Virus record (IMG/VR): IMGVR_UViG_3300035490_000323
Coordinates: 1 to 64,000 of that record
Reading direction: 5' to 3' (one strand)
From: a virus
DNA: 64,000 nt
Positions 37,096 through 42,983 of the stretch are shown here, in pieces. The notes beneath the pieces are model-generated. The model was not told the DNA's origin, made no database searches, and was given only the letters and a program-made list of their open reading frames with translations. Numbering within the stretch: position 1 is the stretch's first letter; each line of letters starts with the position of its first letter. The translations under genes and the position numbers were made by a program.

Positions 37096-37365
37096 CTAGA
37101 CTGTCCTGGGGCTCAGCTCGGGGAGGGGTATGTCCTGGATGGGGACGCCCATGGCGTCCGTGGTAGTGGAGGTTATGTCTATGACAGTAGGCCGGGGGGA
37201 GAGGCGGACGACGAGGGCCTGGCGCGAGGGGTCGAGGTGCATGAGCACGCGGCTGCCCTGGGGGATGCTGAGGACCTCCGCCTGGGGCACCAGAAGCTCC
37301 CAGTCGCCCCCAGGGAGGCGGGTGCCGTGCCTCCTGACTATGGCCGCGATGGCCGCTGCGTTCAT
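37096..37365 (-). CDS. Hypothetical protein
   Basis: MNAAAIAAIVRRHG...; ATGA overlap with upstream gene. Confidence 0.5.
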   Translation of the reverse strand: MNAAAIAAIVRRHGTRLPGGDWELLVPQAEVLSIPQGSRVLMHLDPSRQALVVRLSPRPTVIDITSTTTDAMGVPIQDIPLPELSPRTV

Positions 37366-38102
37366 AGCTCTGCCACGACAGGGGGGTACGGCTGCTGCCT
37401 CCACCTCTCGTGCGGGTATCCGTACGGGTTGCAGAGCAGCCTGGCCTCCCCTACCCTCAGGTCGGCTGGCGTGTGGGTATGCCCGAACACCCAGAGCCTC
37501 GGCTGCCTCTCCCTGATAAGCCACCCCATGTCGGAGACGAAGAAGCGGTTGAGCTTGTCCCCCCTGTACTGGGGGGCTATGGCCTCCGTGGCGGGGATAT
37601 GGTGGGAGAGCACCACGGTGCTGTCCCTGACAAGCCTGACGGCCTGGCTGACGAACTCACGGTTCTCCTGGTACACCCAGTCCCGGAACCCCCTGATGAG
37701 GCCGAAGTCGTTGAGCTGGCGGGAGTACTTCTCGTTGTCGGGGTCGTCAGGGAACCAGAGGGGGCCGCCGAAGAACTCCACCCCGTCTATCTCCTCGGCG
37801 CTGTTCCTGAGCCAGTGGAAGTTGCCGGGCATATTGGCTGCCAGGGTATCCTCCGTCTGCTGCCTGCCGCCCGGGCCGTTGTGGTAGTACTCGTGGTTGC
37901 CCACCGTGTAGACGACGTGCCTGGCCTTGGAGGAGAGCGCCTGGAGGACGCCCCGGACACTGGACGGGGGCTGCCCGGAGGTCACCACGTCCCCAGGCAC
38001 CAGGAGGAAGTCGAGCCCCGGCTCGAAGGCCAGGGACTCCACGAACATCACGGGGTCCGGGTAGAACTCCGTGTGGAGGTCGGATACTAGCTGTAGCCTC
38101 AC
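37362..38102 (-). CDS. Metallophosphoesterase
   Basis: SDLH, PGD, GNHEYY, HH.P, FGHTH, NPYGY motifs. Confidence 0.9.
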   Translation of the reverse strand: MRLQLVSDLHTEFYPDPVMFVESLAFEPGLDFLLVPGDVVTSGQPPSSVRGVLQALSSKARHVVYTVGNHEYYHNGPGGRQQTEDTLAANMPGNFHWLRNSAEEIDGVEFFGGPLWFPDDPDNEKYSRQLNDFGLIRGFRDWVYQENREFVSQAVRLVRDSTVVLSHHIPATEAIAPQYRGDKLNRFFVSDMGWLIRERQPRLWVFGHTHTPADLRVGEARLLCNPYGYPHERWRQQPYPPVVAEL

Positions 38103-38329
38103 CTGCCCTCCGGGGCCTTGTAGTAGGGGGCGGGCCTCCTCCTCACCCCGCTGCGGCTGGCGATGGAGAAGACGGTATGGTACCTGAAGCCCAGCTTACG
38201 GGCGATGCGGGCATAGCTCATGGAGGGATGGCGGAGCCACCTCAGGACCCTCTCCCCCTCGGTATACCCGCCCAGGCCGATAACCACGAAGCGCTTCCTC
38301 ATCTCCCGGCCGCACTTGCAGGTCCTCAT
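38099..38329 (-). CDS. Small HTH-like protein
   Basis: SYARIARKLGFRYHTVFSIA. Confidence 0.5.
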   Translation of the reverse strand: MRTCKCGREMRKRFVVIGLGGYTEGERVLRWLRHPSMSYARIARKLGFRYHTVFSIASRSGVRRRPAPYYKAPEGR

Positions 38330-38571
38330 CAGACGTTGTCCCCCGAGATGTCGCACTTGGGTGCCCCGCAGGGGCACATGACCGCAACGAACGTGCCTAT
38401 CCCCGTGGGGCAGACATGGAAGAAGTACAGGTCGCCGCACGTGCCCGGCTTGAATTTACACGTGCCGTGGCAGTCCTTCCGGCTGGCATAGCCCTCAACC
38501 GGGGCATAGTGCTCCTTCTTCCAGGCCTCCAGCCTTTCCTTCTCGTCTGGCTCCAGCGTAAGGGTGGCCAT
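38329..38571 (-). CDS. Small Cys-rich hypothetical protein
   Basis: PTGIG...CPCG...CDI pattern; GTATTA motif 9 nt upstream. Confidence 0.55.
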   Translation of the reverse strand: MATLTLEPDEKERLEAWKKEHYAPVEGYASRKDCHGTCKFKPGTCGDLYFFHVCPTGIGTFVAVMCPCGAPKCDISGDNV

Positions 38572-38587
38572 GCTTAGGATAATACCA

Positions 38588-38899
38588 GCCTGCGGGCCTG
38601 TAAGCCGAATTTTGTGCCCGGCCAGGGCCAGGCGACAGCCATTCGTCTAGGGCGGCCGTTGCCGGACGCCTCAAGCTCGCTACCCGAGGGTCGTGGCGGC
38701 CCGAGCAGGGCCTCCCCTCCTATTTGCGATTGCTCCCCGTAGAGATTGCCCGTTTCACACCGGACCTAACCGGCTCGTCTCTGTTGCTCTAATCGTCACG
38801 CCCGGAGGGCATGCCGGGGCGTTACCCCGTACGGCGCTCTATGGAGTTCGGACTTTCCTCCCCCCCGTTGCCGGGGCGGCGGCTGTCCGGCCCGCAGGC
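38588..38899 (-). ncRNA. rnpB: RNase P RNA (bacterial type A, compact)
   Basis: - strand GAGGAAAGTCC (CR-I), GCAACAGAGA/GTGAAAC (CR-II/III), AGACGAATGG (CR-IV), ACAAAATTCGGCTTA (CR-V); terminal helix GCCTGCGGGCC/GGCCCGCAGGC. Confidence 0.95.
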
Positions 38900-39060
38900 C
38901 GGTACGCTATGGTTGGAAAAGCTAATATCCAGGCTTGACTACTACCGTGCCGACCGAGGGCCAGTATGCCGTGCCCGCAGGTACAGCAATGGGCCTACCG
39001 TTCGACTCGTTCACTGCCTTGAGGACATCGCCGACAGCACAACTGGCGGCAAGGACGGGC

Positions 39061-39234
39061 CTATGCTTCTCCATGGTCCTCCTGAGCTGGCAGAAGCCGC
39101 TTCTTCCACCTCCGCCAGTACCTCTTCCAGAAGCCCTTGACCTGCTCCGAGGGATACCGGCCATCGCCGTTATAGTCCCAGAGGATTCCCCTGCGCCTCC
39201 ATCCCCTGCGTACCTTGCGGGCCCTCGCGTGCAT
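39061..39234 (-). CDS. Small Arg/Trp-rich hypothetical protein (57 aa)
   Basis: MHARARKVRRGWRRRG...FWKRYWRRWKKRL; manual translation. Confidence 0.35.
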   Translation of the reverse strand: MHARARKVRRGWRRRGILWDYNGDGRYPSEQVKGFWKRYWRRWKKRLLPAQEDHGEA

Positions 39235-39326
39235 GCCGTATGTGCGTGCCCGGATGGACCGAGTGGAGCCCCTTGCGGGGCCAGTACGGGTTGCCGGAGG
39301 TTGCTTCTACGGCGCACGCACAAGAG

Positions 39327-39680
39327 TGGTGGAGGCGTCGGGAGTTGAACCCGAGTCCGAAGAGTTCCACGACCAGGAGACTACACGCTTGTCCGGTTCC
39401 TTCTCGCCTTGCTCCAGGCCCCTATGGACTCCGGCAATCACAGGGCCCGTCCGCATGCCTTGTCTCGCCACGGGAGCGGCAAGCATCCCCTGGCCAGCCT
39501 CCCAATCGACGCCTGGCCCCCGCCCGAAAGGCGGAAGCGGGGCAGGCGGCCTAACCCTAAAGGTTAAGCAAACGCATACTGCATGTTGGCAGTTGCTAAT
39601 CCCATCCCTGTTACGGTCGGCATGGGGCCACCGGCGTGCCTCCTAGCTATGGGCGCTCCCGTCGATTCCGATACGCCCCC
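39327..39680 (-). ncRNA. ssrA: tmRNA; tag (A)ANMQYAFA*
   Basis: 5' GGGGGCGTATCGGAATCGAC; 3' GGGTTCAACTCCCGACGCCTCCACCA with G3:U; resume codon GCC AAC ATG CAG TAT GCG TTT GCT TAA. Confidence 0.95.
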
Positions 39681-39864
39681 GGAGACTGACTACTGCTGCT
39701 GCAAGCTGTAGGGCCGCCTCTAAGCCGCCACATCGCGCTGAGCCATTCTTCCATGGGCCCCTCGACTTTAGGCAGCGTGGTTGAGCAGCGGCCCCACTAC
39801 TACGAGAGGGGACGGGGGCTCGGACCCCGAATGCTTCCCCCCTGCTATATAATACACTGGAAAT

Positions 39865-39957
39865 TGGTCCCGGTGCTGGGAGTCGGACCCAGTCCATTCC
39901 CTAATCTGGGGATTCACGGTTTATAAGACCGCTCGTTCGGCCGCAAACTTCACCGGG
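39865..39957 (-). tRNA. tRNA-Ile(UAU) with long variable arm
   Basis: CCCGGTG/CACCGGG-A-CCA; loop CT-TAT-AA; 23-nt variable region. Confidence 0.8.
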
Positions 39958-39963
39958 AAGGAA

Positions 39964-40040
39964 TGGCAGCGTAGACCGGGCTTGAACCGGCTATTGCCCT
40001 GGTTGAAGGCCAGGGGACTCGACTCTTCGTCTTCTACGCC
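39964..40040 (-). tRNA. tRNA-Glu(UUC)
   Basis: Cloverleaf, loop CC-TTC-AA, encoded CCA. Confidence 0.85.
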
Positions 40041-40203
40041 AAAAATTTAAGGCCGGATGGCATCCACGTTTGGGCCCATGCAGGCATGGCAAGGGCTGGC
40101 ACCGGCCTCGGTTTGCCAGCTCCCACTACGTGGCCCGGTTAAGACCGCCGTCCCGATGCGACCACCAATCAGACCTGCGGTCAAGGTATATGGTGGCCTC
40201 GCT

Positions 40204-40278
40204 TGGAGGCGCAGGGGAGAATCGAACTCCCGCTTAAAGGTTTTGCAGACCTCTCCCTTCCCACTTGGGTACTGCGCC
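40204..40278 (-). tRNA. tRNA-Cys(GCA)
   Basis: Loop CT-GCA-AA, U73, CCA. Confidence 0.95.
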
Positions 40279-40284
40279 GAATCC

Positions 40285-40359
40285 TGGAGGCCCGAGAGGG
40301 AATCGAACCCTCGCGTAGCGGTTTTGCAGACCGCCGCCTTGCCACTTGGCTACCGGGCC
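40285..40359 (-). tRNA. tRNA-Cys(GCA), second copy
   Basis: Loop CT-GCA-AA, U73, CCA. Confidence 0.95.
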
Positions 40360-40664
40360 AATACCTTCCTGGACCCGCCCTGCTCCCGCTCGAAGCCGTG
40401 CTCCCAGAGCCGGTGCGAGTCCTCCCCGAGCATCTCGGGGGTATAGTCGTTGTCGAAGAACCAGCGGACCAGGTGCGTCCTCGGGTACCGCTTGAACAGC
40501 TCCTCGAAGCACTCGAAGGTCAGGCGGTCCAGGAACTCCTCCGGCACGTAGCAGTGCTCCTTGTCCCAGGCCTTCCCAATCTCCTTCGTCCACCAGTCCC
40601 AGTTGAGCTTCCCGCGCAGGTACCGCATGAGAAGCTCGGGCTCCCGGCAGCCCTCCTCGGGCAT
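40350..40664 (-). CDS. Hypothetical protein inside the tRNA array (5' part may be frameshifted)
   Basis: 104-aa ORF with coding-like codon usage; frame stays open upstream to about 40840 without a start codon. Confidence 0.5.
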   Translation of the reverse strand: MPEEGCREPELLMRYLRGKLNWDWWTKEIGKAWDKEHCYVPEEFLDRLTFECFEELFKRYPRTHLVRWFFDNDYTPEMLGEDSHRLWEHGFEREQGGSRKVLAR

Positions 40665-40853
40665 CCTCCCGTGGGTCTCGCAGCTAAAGCAGCACTCGCC
40701 GCCGCTGAGCCCGCCCTCCCTTAGCGGGGGAGGGGTCGTGTTGGTCCGGTCCCACTGCTGGCCTGTCCATGGGGTGGAGCACCTGCTCCACCTTAGGTAG
40801 CTTCCAGCAGTTCTAGGTACCTCTTGGTCAGCCTCATACGGGCCTCACGGGCT

Positions 40854-40929
40854 TGGTAGGGTAGGCGGGAATCGAACCCGCAATCTCCTGGTTGAGGGCC
40901 AGGTGACTTAACCGTTCGTCTACTACCCC
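40854..40929 (-). tRNA. tRNA-Glu(CUC)
   Basis: Loop CC-CTC-AA, CCA. Confidence 0.9.
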
Positions 40930-40936
40930 GGAAACT

Positions 40937-41013
40937 TGGTAGCGTCGGTGGGATTTGAACCCACGGTTTGAGCCTTGAGGGGGCCCCGTCCTAGGCCGCT
41001 AGACGACGACGCC
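40937..41013 (-). tRNA. tRNA-Glu(CUC), second copy
   Basis: Loop CC-CTC-AA, CCA. Confidence 0.9.
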
Positions 41014-41194
41014 ACAATCCCTGCGGCAATGGGCAGCGGCCTCGCATCGGGAAGGCACCTTCCGGTGGACCAGTATGGCGTAGCCGCATGGCGGCATCCC
41101 GTTCCCTTCGCCTGCAAGTCCTTCGCATCCGCTGCCAGCTTGCAGCCTCCGCAGAGCTTGGTGGCCTCGGGGGTTTCCCCCTCCGGCCGCAGCT

Positions 41195-41270
41195 TGGTGG
41201 AACCGGTGGGAGTTGAACCCACAACCCCTAGACTGCCAGCCTAGTGCTCTCCCAGTTGAGCTACGGTCCC
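41195..41270 (-). tRNA. tRNA-Ala(GGC)
   Basis: G3:U70, loop CT-GGC-AG, CCA. Confidence 0.95.
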
Positions 41271-41405
41271 GAATTTCGCCCCAGGGGGACTTGAACCCCT
41301 CTCCCACGGTCGCCTGCAAGCTCGCATGGTTGCCCCCCCGCTAGCGCCTGCTCGGCACAGGGAGGAGGTTGCAGCCCCCTCCCCAGCCTCGGGGGCTGAG
41401 GAACT

Positions 41406-41480
41406 TGGTGCGTCCTACAGGAGTCGAACCTGTCGCTCCTTCTGTGTCAGAGAAGGCGTCTACCGCTGGCATAAGGACGC
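41406..41480 (-). tRNA. tRNA-Val(GAC)
   Basis: Loop CT-GAC-AC, CCA. Confidence 0.9.
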
Positions 41481-41486
41481 TGAACT

Positions 41487-41564
41487 TGGCGGGTACGACG
41501 AGATTTGAACTCGCGGTCTCCTCCGTGACAGGGAGGCGAGCACTCCGGGCTGCTCCACGTACCC
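41487..41564 (-). tRNA. tRNA-Asp(GUC)
   Basis: Loop CT-GTC-AC, G73, CCA. Confidence 0.95.
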
Positions 41565-41571
41565 GTGAACT

Positions 41572-41645
41572 TGGCGGTCCTAGCGAGACTCGAACTCGCT
41601 TTTCATCCGTGACAGGGATGCGTAATACCCATATACCATAGAACC
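41572..41645 (-). tRNA. tRNA-Asp(GUC), second copy
   Basis: Loop CT-GTC-AC, G73, CCA. Confidence 0.9.
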
Positions 41646-41808
41646 GAAAAACTAATTGGGGGCCTTCTTGCCCCCCTGCTTTGCCTTGCGGGCACCCTTC
41701 TTATGACCGGCCGGGTAGGGCTTGACCCGCCTCTGGCACATCTCACACCCTGCAACATGGCCATGCCGGTTGGCATGAGCGTTCCCCATCAGGGTCTCCG
41801 ATAAAACT

Positions 41809-41884
41809 TGGTGGAACCGATGGGAGTCGAACCCACAACCTCAGCATTGCGAATGCTGCGCTCTCCCAGTTGAGCTACGGTCCC
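41809..41884 (-). tRNA. tRNA-Ala(CGC)
   Basis: G3:U70, loop TT-CGC-AA, CCA. Confidence 0.95.
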
Positions 41885-41999
41885 GTTCGGGGACTCCGGG
41901 CGGTTACTCCATCGTCCCACAGGTCCAGTCTCTTAGGCCCCGGTCGGGGTAGGCCACCGCAGCCCCCCCTACAGGGGGCCTAGAGGGCTGAACCGTTCT

Positions 42000-42074
42000 T
42001 GGAGCGGGTAGCCGGACTCGGACCGGTCTTCTCTGGCTTGGAGGGCCAGGGCACACCCCTTATACCATACCCGC
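42000..42074 (-). tRNA. tRNA-Gly(UCC)
   Basis: Loop CC-TCC-AA, U73, CCA. Confidence 0.9.
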
Positions 42075-42191
42075 AATCTCTCCAGGATAGCCTTGCCACG
42101 GCCAGAAAGTAGCGGACTGCACGCCGGTTGCTACGCCTGCGCCCAGCCGGTAGCAACTACCCCCTGACCTTCGCAGGGCTACCCTGAAACT

Positions 42192-42265
42192 TGGAGCGGG
42201 CAGCCGGACTCGGACCGGCTTCGCTGGCTTGGGAAGCCAGGGCACAGCCCATATACCATGCCCGC
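42192..42265 (-). tRNA. tRNA-Gly(CCC)
   Basis: Loop TT-CCC-AA, U73, CCA. Confidence 0.9.
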
Positions 42266-42334
42266 AAATACCAATGGGTGCCTATTTGGAAAGTGTGACC
42301 CGCAGGTCAGCCATTAAGTCATGACACCCAATCT

Positions 42335-42413
42335 TGGTGGACCATGTGGGGATTGAACCCACCTGCTATCTGCATTGCAAGTGCAGCGACCACCCCGTGC
42401 AGTCCCATGGCCC
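42335..42413 (-). tRNA. tRNA-Ala(UGC)
   Basis: G3:U70, loop CT-TGC-AA, CCA. Confidence 0.9.
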
Positions 42414-42491
42414 ACGAGGCCATGCCCGATGCCAGGGGCTTTTGCGGCACTAAGCCATTTCGCCTTTGGGCACCAGCATGGTCCCGGAACT

Positions 42492-42568
42492 TGGAGCGGC
42501 TGGAGGGATTCGGACCCTCGACCTCTTCCTTGGCAAGGAAGCATTCTACCGGGCTGAACTACAGCCGC
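42492..42568 (-). tRNA. tRNA-Gly(GCC)
   Basis: Loop TT-GCC-AA, U73, CCA. Confidence 0.95.
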
Positions 42569-42651
42569 TCAAAAACTAATGTGGCAAGCAGGACTCCCAC
42601 CTGCCGTGGCTGTGACCCTCAAGCCTCCCTTTCCATTGCCACAAGCTAGCT

Positions 42652-42727
42652 TGGTGCCCTCGGCAGGGTTCGGACCTGCGCCCTCTCGCGTGTGAAGCGA
42701 GCGCTCTAACCGCTGAGCTACAAGGGC
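42652..42727 (-). tRNA. tRNA-Val(CAC)
   Basis: Loop TT-CAC-AC, CCA. Confidence 0.95.
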
Positions 42728-42733
42728 CAATCT

Positions 42734-42811
42734 TGGTACTCCGGGAGGGACTCGAACCCCCGAGTTGGTTGCTTGTAGGGCAACTGGCTTAGCCGCTCGC
42801 CGCACCGGAGT
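42734..42811 (-). tRNA. tRNA-Val(UAC)
   Basis: Loop CC-TAC-AA, CCA. Confidence 0.85.
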
Positions 42812-42823
42812 AAAACTCTCTGG

Positions 42824-42851
42824 AAACAAAAATGGCACCCTTTCGGGTGCC
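42824..42851 (-). terminator. Intrinsic terminator (attenuator) upstream of the tRNA operon
   Basis: GGCACCC-GAAA-GGGTGCC followed by ATTTTTGTTT on the - strand, 12 nt before the first tRNA. Confidence 0.85.
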
Positions 42852-42873
42852 TCCGGGAGCCAAAAGCTGGGTT

Positions 42874-42969
42874 TTACTGCCCAGCGCCTCCCGAAGGCGA
42901 AGTATCGCCCTCACACCCGGCGGCCACTGCCGCTATGACATCGACTTCCGTTATGTGTAGGGCCAGCAT
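42874..42969 (-). CDS. Leader peptide of the tRNA operon (MLALHITEVDVIAAVAAGCEGDTSPSGGAGQ)
   Basis: ATG after GGAGAG; 31 codons; core codons match the downstream tRNA set; overlaps alternative hairpins. Confidence 0.8.
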   Translation of the reverse strand: MLALHITEVDVIAAVAAGCEGDTSPSGGAGQ

Positions 42970-42983
42970 CTTCGCTCTCTCCA

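Noticed and set aside
39241-39322. Hairpin ribozyme (AGAA and GUC present)
   Set aside because: Flanking helices do not pair as required and loop B motifs are absent.
39865-39957. 8/4 or 9/3 allo-tRNA
   Set aside because: The acceptor is 7 bp and the T-stem 5 bp; only the long variable arm is atypical.
41654-41791. ncRNA in the Asp-Ala spacer
   Set aside because: Better explained as a ~45-aa basic ORF (MGNAHANRHGH...CEMC...KKAPN) with an RBS; too weak to list as a feature.
42734-42811. Possible amber suppressor (CTA within the anticodon loop)
   Set aside because: The stem GTTGC/GCAAC defines the 7-nt loop CC-TAC-AA, so the anticodon is UAC (Val). Many genes end cleanly in TAG, so there is no sign of recoding.
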